Shown here in pieces: positions 36,117-45,366 of a stretch of 64,000 nucleotides of DNA (the stretch's first letter is position 1; each line of letters opens with the position of its first letter). The notes beneath the pieces are model-generated. The model did no database searches and had not been told where the DNA came from. It saw only the letters and a list, made by a program, of their open reading frames with translations. The translations under genes and the position numbers were made by a program. Where the stretch lies: the IMG/VR virus record IMGVR_UViG_3300020450_001133; one strand, 5' to 3'. The stretch comes from a virus (taxonomy: Duplodnaviria; Caudoviricetes).

Positions 36117-37106
36117 TTATGACCTGTTACGGATCATGTTTAAAATATCATCTGCACTAGGTTTTTCACCACTTGCTTGTTGTTCTACAGGAGCACTTTC
36201 TTCTGCTTTTGCTTCAGGCTCAGCAGGTGCTGGTGCAGGCTCTTTTACTTCTGCAACAGGTTCAGTTGTTACTGTTGGAGCAGGTTGAGCCGCTGGTGTA
36301 GTTGATTGAGTTTTAGGAACATCTACGCCATATGGCTTGTAGAAGTTGCCCCATCTCTCAACATCGTATAATTCACCATCAACCGATGCTTGGAACATTT
36401 CAGCGATTGCTTGTAGTTCTTCTGCGCCAGGCTTTTTAGGTAAAAAGTCATTTAAGTTATACAAACCATTAGAATCAATAGCCGCTAATTCTTCTTCATT
36501 TAAGCCACGTTCTTTACGAGCCCATTTTGAAGTAGAGTAGTCTGCATACTGTCCTTTGGTTGTTTTTGTTACCCTAAAGTCTGTACCATTTACATAATCA
36601 GTAGGAATGTTTTCCATGTCTGGGTCCATCAATGCTGATTTGATAATGTTAAAGATTTGTGGGGAAATGACAAAACGTCTGATTGGATTTTCAGGTGTTT
36701 CTTCATTTAACGGATTTTCAGTTACAAATCCTTGGAAAATGTAACTTCTTTTTTTCCAGTACTTACGACCCATGTCTTCTAGACTTGCGTCTTTAAACCA
36801 AGGACGAACCTCAGTTAATACTGGACAAGTTTCGCCGTACATTTCGTTACACGGAACTTGTACTGTAACAGGTTTTGCGTCACCGCCTTTCACACCTGGA
36901 AATGATAACCTAATCATTTGTCTTTCTACCCAGAAAAACGTGTTGTTAGGATCTTCATCAGGAAGGAATCTAAGTGTACAACTTGTACCTTCGTCGATGT
37001 TCCAATGTGGGAAAATGGCGTTGTCTCCGCCTGTTGATGATTGGCTAGAACTCTTGTTGTTCTCCATGCTTGCCAATTTAGCCCTTATTTCTGCCAAAGA
37101 TGCCAT
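36117..37106 (-). CDS. gp32: single-stranded DNA-binding protein (T4 gp32 family)
   Basis: MASLAEIRAKL start, LRFLP, CPV, KYWKKRSY, YADYSTSKW, acidic/Pro linker, ADDILNMIRNR end. Confidence 0.92.
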   Translation of the reverse strand: MASLAEIRAKLASMENNKSSSQSSTGGDNAIFPHWNIDEGTSCTLRFLPDEDPNNTFFWVERQMIRLSFPGVKGGDAKPVTVQVPCNEMYGETCPVLTEVRPWFKDASLEDMGRKYWKKRSYIFQGFVTENPLNEETPENPIRRFVISPQIFNIIKSALMDPDMENIPTDYVNGTDFRVTKTTKGQYADYSTSKWARKERGLNEEELAAIDSNGLYNLNDFLPKKPGAEELQAIAEMFQASVDGELYDVERWGNFYKPYGVDVPKTQSTTPAAQPAPTVTTEPVAEVKEPAPAPAEPEAKAEESAPVEQQASGEKPSADDILNMIRNRS

Positions 37107-37120
37107 AATAATATCTCCTA

Positions 37121-37187
37121 TGTATGTGCCATGTTTGTAATCTGTGATTACTGTATGTGCCTAAGTTTACTTTCTTTGTGCCATGTT
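37121..37187 (-). repeat. three imperfect GGCACA-core direct repeats in gp32 leader/promoter
   Basis: AACATGGCACA (37187-37177), GGCACATACA (37161-37152), AACATGGCACATACA (37135-37121). Confidence 0.7.
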
Positions 37188-37192
37188 GTCAA
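37164..37192 (-). promoter_or_regulatory. sigma70 promoter for gp32-uvsX-uvsY
   Basis: AAGG-TTGACA-N17-TAAACT. Confidence 0.8.
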
Positions 37193-37236
37193 CCTTTTTT
37201 TGTCTTTCGACAATAACCGTTGTCTTGTTATAATAG

Positions 37237-37244
37237 TATTTATA
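37237..37244 (-). promoter_or_regulatory. late promoter TATAAATA upstream of gp32
   Basis: Exact T4 late consensus. Confidence 0.65.
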
Positions 37245-38913
37245 TTTCTATATCGAAACTCTCTATGAATAATTGGTATTCTCTGCTTTCTGCAAGGGAC
37301 ATTTCAGTTGCCATTACATTTTGCTGTGGTCTTTGTGCTGATAATAAAGAAGCCTTAACTGCTCTATATTCCATTGCATCTAATTGACCGCCTGTTGATA
37401 GTTTATTTCCAATTCCGCCTAAGTAGTTTGCTAACTTACTGTCTTTAACACAACCACTTAATTGTCCAACTTGATAACCTAATCTTTGATGTGCATTTTC
37501 AAACTCAATCGGTTCTTCTTGTATAAGTTCTTTTGCGTTTGCAAAATTTTCATTTTCAATAGCATTCATTATATATTGTTCAAATGCATTTTTTCTGTTT
37601 ACAAGTTTTGATAATGTTTCATGTGCATTACCAACTTTGTCATCAAAGTGTGTTTCTGTAAAGTGGTCTTCCAAGTTTACTTCTGTTACGATATCTATAT
37701 TCGACTCATCTGTTATACTTTCTACTGCTTTACTGTATGTTTTTACTCCAGCAACTCTTTTAAATGATGTTCTTATGTTATCCATTTGTTGTCTTGCAAG
37801 TGTTACATACTCTTGGTTATCTTCATTTATTAAACCTTTTTTATTGACGTAACGAATAAATTCTTTAAGTGTGCCAAAGTCTTTACACATTTGCACAATG
37901 CTTTCTCCAATTGAGTCATGCATTACACCACCATTGTATATGTGTCTTGCCATTGCTCTTGCACCTTGTAAATTTTTACTAGGGAAATAAAAACGTTCTT
38001 CATTTGCTTGAATAAAAATTTTGCTGATGTTTCTACTTCTAGCACCGCGTATTTCTTCGTTTACAGGTTTAGAATGTTTTACAATTAGTTTTACATTATC
38101 CAATGGTTGATAACTTGTTTTTAGTGAACCATGTACAGCACCTAAAGTTGCTTCTTTAATTGATTCACCTTGCATTACGTTTACACCTGGAAGTTCACCG
38201 GCTTCGTATTCTTCTTTTATATCTTCTTTCTTTATCATATCAATTATATCTTCTAATCCTGTTTCACCTTCAGAACCGTATTTTTTAAAAAAGTCATCTG
38301 GTAAATCTGCAAATACTTTTTCTGCCTTAGGATCATTTGTTTCTATTCCTTTAGGATCATATCCACCTGCTTTTCCACCAGTTACCCTGGAATCATAATA
38401 AATTCTAAAGTACTTGCCGTCTCCATAAAACACTTTTAAGTATTGACTGTAATCCTGGTCATCAGCCTTTGCTCTATATTTGTGTCCGTCTTTTGTGGAG
38501 CCTTTAAAAGAATCTATATCATCTTTTTCTTCTAAAGGAAGTCCTGCTAGTTTTCTCAATTCATTTGTTTCTTTCATGTTGGTCTCTTTTGCTACGTCTG
38601 TTGATTCACTGCTTGGTTTTAATGTTCTCCCAAATACTCTAAAATCTAAATTCATCAAATAGTCTTTACTTAGATTTTCTAATTGTTTTCTTAGTTTATC
38701 AGTTTCTTCAGTATTTTTACTAATACTTAATCTTATTTCTTCATCAGGTACATTAAGAGTAACTAACAAATTTGGATCTTCTACAAAAAATCTAATTGCA
38801 TCTGCAGGATCGCCAACTACCTCTCCTACTTTATTAAAAGTATCAATTTGGTATCCATAACCTTTTAAAAGATTATATGTTTTGTCTGCTACTGTTTTTA
38901 TACTGATTGCCAT
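37240..38913 (-). CDS. late hypothetical protein downstream of terminase (557 aa), putative head-associated
   Basis: Leaderless late promoter at 38919-38926; contains NELRKLAGL motif. Confidence 0.7.
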   Translation of the reverse strand: MAISIKTVADKTYNLLKGYGYQIDTFNKVGEVVGDPADAIRFFVEDPNLLVTLNVPDEEIRLSISKNTEETDKLRKQLENLSKDYLMNLDFRVFGRTLKPSSESTDVAKETNMKETNELRKLAGLPLEEKDDIDSFKGSTKDGHKYRAKADDQDYSQYLKVFYGDGKYFRIYYDSRVTGGKAGGYDPKGIETNDPKAEKVFADLPDDFFKKYGSEGETGLEDIIDMIKKEDIKEEYEAGELPGVNVMQGESIKEATLGAVHGSLKTSYQPLDNVKLIVKHSKPVNEEIRGARSRNISKIFIQANEERFYFPSKNLQGARAMARHIYNGGVMHDSIGESIVQMCKDFGTLKEFIRYVNKKGLINEDNQEYVTLARQQMDNIRTSFKRVAGVKTYSKAVESITDESNIDIVTEVNLEDHFTETHFDDKVGNAHETLSKLVNRKNAFEQYIMNAIENENFANAKELIQEEPIEFENAHQRLGYQVGQLSGCVKDSKLANYLGGIGNKLSTGGQLDAMEYRAVKASLLSAQRPQQNVMATEMSLAESREYQLFIESFDIEI

Positions 38914-38925
38914 ACTTGTATTTAT

Positions 38926-40521
38926 CTAAAGTAGTCCAATTGGCATAGGTTCGTCATACTCGTCTATAGGCTTGTCATCATCATAATTGTTGTCTCCGCC
39001 TATGTTTTGATTTACAACTTCAAAGATATCATCTTCAAAACTTGCAATATATGTAATCATTCTACAACAAATAATCAAACTCATTACCAAGTCATCAGTT
39101 TCGCCTGGTTGTGCTGAAAAACTATTTCCTCTAGCAACAAAAGTTTTTAATTCTCTAATACATGCATCAGAGAATAGTTTAATTTTGTCTTGTTCTATAA
39201 ATCTTTTTAATGTAATACAGCCGTCCAATTTACTTTTTGAACTTGTATGAAAACCTTTCCTTCCTCTTTTCCCTTGTACTTTAATAGGATCATGTAAAAA
39301 GTTTCCTGGAAAATTTTCTTCTCCTGTATCTCTAATTACAACAAGGGCGGCTTCACCTATGCTATTGTTTTCAACTGTCCAATATATTTCTTTTGCTCCG
39401 TATTGGTCAATCTCTTTTAAAATTTCTCTCATTACTCTTATTTGACCTTCTACTGGAGTCTTATTGTGACACCATTCTGCAACCTGTGTCATTGAAGGTA
39501 ACTCAATTACTTGTATTGCGGCATTATCTCCGCCTGTTCCAGCCGCTGGGTCAAGTGCTAACACATACGTTTTGTCTGCTGTGGGCCTTTTATACCAACG
39601 AACTTCTCCTTGCCTATACAAGACGTCTGTGTACTTTAGAGTAGCCAATTTTAAGGAGTCTATAAGTGTTTCATTGTATATGATAAATTCGCATTCATGC
39701 TCACGTCTAAAACGTTCTTCTCCTATTCTGCCTTGTTCTTCATCTTTCCACTCTTGGTCTCTGTCTGGATGTTGGTCCCATTTTGCCAAATATCCTTTGA
39801 ATCCATTTACACCTACATCAGATGTATTACCATATTCATCTACTGTTTTTACTGCTTGGTGCCAAATTTGTGCAAAGGTATCATCATCGCTGTTTGGAGT
39901 GCTAGTAACAATACATTTACCACCTGTTGCTAATGTTGGTGATAAAGATGTCCAAAATTCTTTGGCTATTCTGGGTGGTACGAATGCAAACTCATCTAAG
40001 TAAACTAAAGTTAGTGACATACCTCTACCAGTATTTTCTGTTGTTGTACTTGCTACTATTCTACTGCCGTTATCAAAACTAATACTCATCTTATTATATT
40101 CAACAACACCTGCTCTTATATGATTAGGAATACTTTCATAAGCATATCTAATACGTTGCATAATTTCTTGTGAGCCAGCCGCCTTATGAGCCGCAACTAA
40201 TATGGTACTGTCTGGTTTAAACATAGCAAACCATAACAAATATCCTGCCGCCACAGTAGTTTTACCCATCTGTCTGCCCAGCATATTAATACTGTACCTG
40301 TTTTCGTTGTAATTTACAATTAAATCTTCTTGATAATCGTATGGTTCAAAAGGAATGCCACCTCTTGTAGGGTGTTGTATGTTCACATACTTTTTCATAA
40401 AGAACATTGGCCCGTCATTTGGATCACAACATTGTTGAAACTCTAATAACATATCAGAGTCGTATTGAACTTTAGTATATGCTTGTTTTACTAACTCAGT
40501 ATTAACTGTTCCTTTAGGCAT
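38926..40521 (-). CDS. gp17: terminase large subunit (T4 gp17 family)
   Basis: YDYQ, GRQMGKT, GRG, YLDEFAF, TSTP, nuclease LALDPAAG...DDLVMS. Confidence 0.95.
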   Translation of the reverse strand: MPKGTVNTELVKQAYTKVQYDSDMLLEFQQCCDPNDGPMFFMKKYVNIQHPTRGGIPFEPYDYQEDLIVNYNENRYSINMLGRQMGKTTVAAGYLLWFAMFKPDSTILVAAHKAAGSQEIMQRIRYAYESIPNHIRAGVVEYNKMSISFDNGSRIVASTTTENTGRGMSLTLVYLDEFAFVPPRIAKEFWTSLSPTLATGGKCIVTSTPNSDDDTFAQIWHQAVKTVDEYGNTSDVGVNGFKGYLAKWDQHPDRDQEWKDEEQGRIGEERFRREHECEFIIYNETLIDSLKLATLKYTDVLYRQGEVRWYKRPTADKTYVLALDPAAGTGGDNAAIQVIELPSMTQVAEWCHNKTPVEGQIRVMREILKEIDQYGAKEIYWTVENNSIGEAALVVIRDTGEENFPGNFLHDPIKVQGKRGRKGFHTSSKSKLDGCITLKRFIEQDKIKLFSDACIRELKTFVARGNSFSAQPGETDDLVMSLIICCRMITYIASFEDDIFEVVNQNIGGDNNYDDDKPIDEYDEPMPIGLL

Positions 40522-40558
40522 AACACTATTTATTAAGTTTTAGAGGGGAAATAAAGTA

Positions 40559-41344
40559 TTATTTGCCGTTACGCAAATAATCTTTTAGTCTATCTTTGAG
40601 GATATTTGTTAAAACTTCTTTGGAATCTGGGTCTACTGCTGTTTTTGGGAAGTCCATAGTTGGTTTATCACCGTCCATTTCTGGTTCCGGACTTAATGAT
40701 ACAATTTTCATAGGTCCTTTATCATCATGGTCATCATCATGGTCATCATCGCCATGTGGTTCGCCACTTGGTAAAGTAATTCCAACTTTTCTTAACAATA
40801 CTTTAAGTTCGTCTATTGAATCTGCACTAGCCTCGACTGATACAGAGCCTGTTTCAGTAGAATGATGTTTTTCATATTTGTGACTTTCTTGTTCTTCTGG
40901 TTCTGGTGGTCCCATATCTTCTGGATCTCCACCGCATGTAGGACATGAATCATCACCACAACCTTCGTTGATATCTTCTTCCATTTCTGGTTCTTCGCCT
41001 TTGTTTATTTTAGCAATATCGTCTGAAGTTGCAGGTCTGTCATCAACTTTGTCCCTAGCACGGTCATCTGGTTTTGGAATCATTAATGCAACTGCTTTGT
41101 CAAACAGTTCATGTGCATCATCTTCATTTTCAAAACCATATTCGTCAGCAAAATCTACTGAACTAGAAGCAAATAAATCATCTAAGTCTAAATCGTTAAT
41201 GCCTTTTAATTTTTCAGCAACTTCTTCTGGAGTTTTACCCAATTCAATGTTTTCATCATTGATAAAAAGTGTAAGTCCGCCATCTTCTGCACCTAAGACA
41301 CCTCTGGATTCAACAATTTTTAAATACTTCTTAATGTCTTCCAT
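40559..41344 (-). CDS. very acidic late protein, putative prohead core/internal protein
   Basis: MEDIKKYLKIVE N-terminus; D/E-rich; C-terminal LKDRLKDYL. Confidence 0.6.
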   Translation of the reverse strand: MEDIKKYLKIVESRGVLGAEDGGLTLFINDENIELGKTPEEVAEKLKGINDLDLDDLFASSSVDFADEYGFENEDDAHELFDKAVALMIPKPDDRARDKVDDRPATSDDIAKINKGEEPEMEEDINEGCGDDSCPTCGGDPEDMGPPEPEEQESHKYEKHHSTETGSVSVEASADSIDELKVLLRKVGITLPSGEPHGDDDHDDDHDDKGPMKIVSLSPEPEMDGDKPTMDFPKTAVDPDSKEVLTNILKDRLKDYLRNGK

Positions 41345-42054
41345 TAGTTTCTTCTTGAACTTTGTGATACAACATCAACATGTTTTGGCTCTGGAGCCTG
41401 TCCACCATGTGCTGTACCTGTGATTTCATCATATTTAGATTTAAGATTGTCTCCCATTAGTTCATCCTTTGTAGGATAACCGTTTAGGAAGTTAGTAAAG
41501 TAATCTTCACCTTTTTCATTCTTAATTTTTTGGAGTTCTGCTAGGAATTTTTCATTGTATGCTTCACCGAAAAGTGCCTCTTGACTAGCATCGACATCAA
41601 CATGCTCGTTATTATAATGGCTCATATCTTCGTTATTTAATACTGCTTCTTCCTGGTCAAACTGTCTGTCGTTATTTCTAACGTTTCTTTCTTGTGCTAA
41701 ATCACTTTCTAGTTTTCTAGGATCTTTAACACCATATGCAAGTACTCTTTCATGGTCCATACCTAAATTTACTGCAAGATATACTTCAAGTACTCTTGAA
41801 TTAACTGGGTATTTCAACACAACGTCTGTGCTACATACTTCAGATGTAAAGTTTGCACCTTTCATTCTTTGAAACTCCATTGGATTTTCTTGAATAGGTG
41901 TACGTTTCCAAGGTGTTGCACTTACAAGGTTGTACTTTTGTAATGCACCTTCTAATTTTGACAAATCTTCCGCGGAGCAATCGGATGCTATTTTAACTCT
42001 ATAGCCATACTCTTTGCTGAAAGATTCGTTAATGATGTCTTTTAATTCTTTCAT
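41344..42054 (-). CDS. late hypothetical protein (236 aa)
   Basis: MKELKDIINE N-terminus; late promoter plus SD AGGAG. Confidence 0.7.
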   Translation of the reverse strand: MKELKDIINESFSKEYGYRVKIASDCSAEDLSKLEGALQKYNLVSATPWKRTPIQENPMEFQRMKGANFTSEVCSTDVVLKYPVNSRVLEVYLAVNLGMDHERVLAYGVKDPRKLESDLAQERNVRNNDRQFDQEEAVLNNEDMSHYNNEHVDVDASQEALFGEAYNEKFLAELQKIKNEKGEDYFTNFLNGYPTKDELMGDNLKSKYDEITGTAHGGQAPEPKHVDVVSQSSRRN

Positions 42055-42076
42055 AGTCTAAAACTCCTGTTACACT

Positions 42077-42091
42077 TATTTATCATAAATA
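42077..42091. promoter_or_regulatory. abutting divergent late promoters
   Basis: TATTTATCATAAATA: GATAAATA (minus) and CATAAATA (plus, 8 nt before ATG 42100). Confidence 0.7.
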
Positions 42092-42099
42092 GTAAAAGT

Positions 42100-42735
42100 A
42101 TGCAGTTTAAAAGAAGTGATAATAAATTCAATACTCAAGGAACTTGGGGTGTAGCCTTAGAAAATCATGTATGCCCACGTCCAGAATTACTAGATAGATT
42201 TGACCAAAGTGGTTATGACCTGTGTGAATTAGAGCAACAATACGCAAAATGTAACTTAGGTGAGCCACAATACATGCGTTATAAAAGATGTGTTAAGCAA
42301 GAGTGGTATTTGCCTTGTAATAACACAACAGGTCCTCATATTAATCATTCAGACTTGTATGAAAGAAAAGGATACCATGGATATGCACTAGAACAACTGT
42401 ATGGTTGGGCACCAGGAAACAATCTTTTATACAAAATGATTAGATTACAACCTAAGTGGGGCATAGATATCAGTATAGATTATGTAGATGACGACAGAAA
42501 TGTTATGGAATTGTTTCATTATGAATGGGACGACCATAATTTAGACTTAGTTTTAGAGAAAAAAGAAATTATAGAAGACATTATAGACAATAATGACTGG
42601 AATGATATTGCAAAAACTAAATTAAGTAGAAAAGATGAATGGCAACATTTAGATTTTGTAGGTCAAAGTGCTTGGACAACAGAATTTTTACAAATACCTG
42701 AAGAACGTTTTAAATTAGTACCTTGGAAAAGTTAA
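42100..42735 (+). CDS. hypothetical protein (211 aa)
   Basis: ORF track; late promoter. Confidence 0.75.
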   Translation: MQFKRSDNKFNTQGTWGVALENHVCPRPELLDRFDQSGYDLCELEQQYAKCNLGEPQYMRYKRCVKQEWYLPCNNTTGPHINHSDLYERKGYHGYALEQLYGWAPGNNLLYKMIRLQPKWGIDISIDYVDDDRNVMELFHYEWDDHNLDLVLEKKEIIEDIIDNNDWNDIAKTKLSRKDEWQHLDFVGQSAWTTEFLQIPEERFKLVPWKS

Positions 42736-43232
42736 TTATCTTTATTATTGATAATTCTTAAGAGTTCGTTTCTATCTAAAGATGTACTGCCAGATGATGA
42801 ACCAGCATCTCCGCTGTTTCCATCAAGCCTTGCTTTTTTAACCATTAAATCTATTTGTTTAAGTTTAGCATTTACTTTACTTTCTTTGGCTTCAAGAGCA
42901 GTTTTTAACATCTTTGATGCACTATCGAATATATGTCCTGCTTCTCTATCTCCAACATTCATACCTAAGTTCATTAATTGTTGGTAACTGTCCATTGCTT
43001 GTTTGCCAATATCATCCATTTCAACATCATGGTCGTCTAAACCTTTAACATTTTGTAATGCTTGGTCTATTTTTTCTGCGTTGCTTAATGCTTTTTCAAC
43101 ATCCTGTACTTCTATAATCTCTGTTGAAGGCTCAGTAGGGTCTTCATACGATGGTGGATCGTAAGAACTTTTCTTTTTCTTTGCTTCTTCAATAGGTGGC
43201 AAGTTGAATTCTTCTTCTAGTTTCTTGGTCAT
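42732..43232 (-). CDS. putative terminase small subunit (helical, 166 aa)
   Basis: Size, helical coiled-coil pattern, leaderless late promoter, near gp17; identity not proven. Confidence 0.4.
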   Translation of the reverse strand: MTKKLEEEFNLPPIEEAKKKKSSYDPPSYEDPTEPSTEIIEVQDVEKALSNAEKIDQALQNVKGLDDHDVEMDDIGKQAMDSYQQLMNLGMNVGDREAGHIFDSASKMLKTALEAKESKVNAKLKQIDLMVKKARLDGNSGDAGSSSGSTSLDRNELLRIINNKDN

Positions 43233-43240
43233 GCTACTAT

Positions 43241-43390
43241 TTATTTCTTAGACTTTCGTTTTTTCTTTAATTTGCGTGTAGGATGTCCAAACATTTGGTC
43301 AAATCTGTGATTTCTAGCATCAATATAGTCCTGTGGTTTGTCATAAACCTTTTTAGGAGTCTTAAATTCTATGATATCACTTATTTTCAT
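43241..43390 (-). CDS. small basic protein, 49 aa (not in ORF track)
   Basis: MKISDIIEFKTPKKVYDKPQDYIDARNHRFDQMFGHPTRKLKKKRKSKK; ATGA overlap with diiron gene stop. Confidence 0.7.
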   Translation of the reverse strand: MKISDIIEFKTPKKVYDKPQDYIDARNHRFDQMFGHPTRKLKKKRKSKK

Positions 43391-44457
43391 TTCAATGGTT
43401 TACTTAATTCTTCCCAACTTGTTTCATAATCACTATCGCCGTCAGCATATCCCATAACACCTAGTTTTTCATACTCTGGTACTAGTTCATCATGCAACAA
43501 TCCTATTTTTTTAAGGTTAGGCATTATCCTACTAAACAATACATCTTGAAATTGTGTTTGAAAAATGTTTTCTTTTTGGTATTCGTCAGTATAATCTAAA
43601 TCCATGCCATACTTTTCCCAAACATCATATGCTCTTAGTCTATTTCTACTCACAGTACAGGCTTCTAAGGCAAATTGTGCCCTATCCAACTTATCTTCTT
43701 CACTTAAAGTAGTTACAAACTCCGTAAGATAGTTAATACCAAACGTAACATGCCTTGCTTCGTCTCTTATAATGTATTCTAGCATTTGTTTATACACAGG
43801 ATCATTAGTTGCTTCTTTGGCGGCGTTAAAGGCGGCTAATGCCAAGCCTTCAATCACTACTTGCATACCAATAAACTTCAAATCCCAACGAGGATCTGTT
43901 AATATTTTGTCTAACAAACCTTTTAATGCTCTACCTATGGGCCAACTGCGTTTTAATCTTTGTTGTAAGTATTTGTTGAATGCTTCAACGTGCCTTGCTT
44001 CGTCAAATGTTTGACTTGCGGCATATAGTTTTGCATTATATGTTGGCGCACAACTGGCTAACTGTGATGCAACCAATAATGCTCCTTGCTCTCCATGTAA
44101 AAATTGACTTGTTGCCCAACTGTTAAGGTCTTTGAAGAATTCTAATCTTGTTTTTTTGTCAAAAGTTTTAAAAACTTTATGGTTGTCCCATTGATTGTTT
44201 TCAAAATCAAATTCTTCATCACTGATACCTACAAAGTTAGGTGTCCAATCTACATCAACCTCTACATTCCAATTTAATTGTTTGCCTAATTCATATAATT
44301 TTTTTATTCTGTTGTCTTGTACTGTATAGTCCCAATTAAATGAACCAGTTAAAGGTGTTTGAAAAATCTCTACAACATCGGTAGGATCTAAATTAGCCGG
44401 AACATCATCGTCAAACTCGATTACGTCCCTTGGAGTTTTTGTATATTCTATTTTCAT
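43387..44457 (-). CDS. ferritin-like diiron enzyme (AurF-type oxygenase/desaturase fold)
   Basis: GEQGAL...DEARH and IEGLAL...DEARH diiron ligand pairs; late promoter 44464-44471. Confidence 0.8.
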   Translation of the reverse strand: MKIEYTKTPRDVIEFDDDVPANLDPTDVVEIFQTPLTGSFNWDYTVQDNRIKKLYELGKQLNWNVEVDVDWTPNFVGISDEEFDFENNQWDNHKVFKTFDKKTRLEFFKDLNSWATSQFLHGEQGALLVASQLASCAPTYNAKLYAASQTFDEARHVEAFNKYLQQRLKRSWPIGRALKGLLDKILTDPRWDLKFIGMQVVIEGLALAAFNAAKEATNDPVYKQMLEYIIRDEARHVTFGINYLTEFVTTLSEEDKLDRAQFALEACTVSRNRLRAYDVWEKYGMDLDYTDEYQKENIFQTQFQDVLFSRIMPNLKKIGLLHDELVPEYEKLGVMGYADGDSDYETSWEELSKPLK

Positions 44458-44469
44458 TTTTTATATTTA

Positions 44470-44922
44470 TTATGACCTTTTTGTCTTTCTGCCTGTTTGC
44501 TTTCGGAAAATCTGATCCTCTGTAATAACTTTAAAATGTAAACCTTTTGCCTTGCACCAGGCTTGAGCGGCTTCCCACTTTACAGCATTTACTTGTATGG
44601 ATGCTTTATCATATTTGTCTCTTGCTTTTTCTTGTAGTGTTTGTGCTTTGGGTTTGATTTCAATTAAATCAACTCGTGTCTTTCCTGTTTTATCTGTGTA
44701 TTGTACCATAAAGTCAGGAACATAGTTTGTAATTTTTCCTGTAAACGGATGTCTATAAGGTATTTTTACATTTTCACTTGCCCATTTAGTAATGTTAGGA
44801 TGACTATCACAGAATCTCATGAATGCCATTTCCCAACTGCTACGAGCAAATGGTTGTTTTTGTCCTACGAATTTTTCTGGATTTTGGACGGAGTAGTTGC
44901 CTTGTGAATATCTACTAGACAT
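44470..44922 (-). CDS. gp4: head completion nuclease (T4 gp4/TnsA-like)
   Basis: RSSWE...WASE...IPY...YVPDF...IEIKP...KWEAAQAWC...FKVITE. Confidence 0.88.
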   Translation of the reverse strand: MSSRYSQGNYSVQNPEKFVGQKQPFARSSWEMAFMRFCDSHPNITKWASENVKIPYRHPFTGKITNYVPDFMVQYTDKTGKTRVDLIEIKPKAQTLQEKARDKYDKASIQVNAVKWEAAQAWCKAKGLHFKVITEDQIFRKQTGRKTKRS

Positions 44923-44931
44923 CTGTGGCTC

Positions 44932-45366
44932 CTACGGTCTAATTTTGTTTGCTATTTTAGATTTATTGTTTTTTGTAGAAATTTTAAGACCTATTTTATT
45001 TCCAGTAGGTCTTAATTCATTAATTGCTTTGTAAGTATTCTCTGCAAGTAGTATTGAATCCTCATTTATTTCAAAATATGATATAGGATGTACTCCTTGT
45101 GTTTCTGCTACTCTAATTAATGCTACTGCTAATGCTCTTGCATTAGATTTTGCAAACCCTATGCTTGTTAATCTGTTAAAAACTATGTCTAACTTGTCAG
45201 AAGATATACCTCTGTCATCAACATTTATCATGTTGACTAATATTTCTAAACTTGCTTCAGGTAAAGGAAAGTTAATTGTATTGTTTTCTAAAAACTTAAC
45301 AAGTTTGTCTCTACGGATTTCGTAACTTATTTCATTACCAAAGGTTGTGTATAAACTTTCACTCAT
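44932..45366 (-). CDS. hypothetical protein (144 aa)
   Basis: ORF track; in tail operon. Confidence 0.7.
   Translation of the reverse strand: MSESLYTTFGNEISYEIRRDKLVKFLENNTINFPLPEASLEILVNMINVDDRGISSDKLDIVFNRLTSIGFAKSNARALAVALIRVAETQGVHPISYFEINEDSILLAENTYKAINELRPTGNKIGLKISTKNNKSKIANKIRP

Noticed and set aside
35008-40521. Inteins or group I introns in uvsX, terminase, helicases
   Set aside because: Protein lengths are normal, motifs are contiguous, and no C...HN Hint ends or homing endonuclease motifs are visible.
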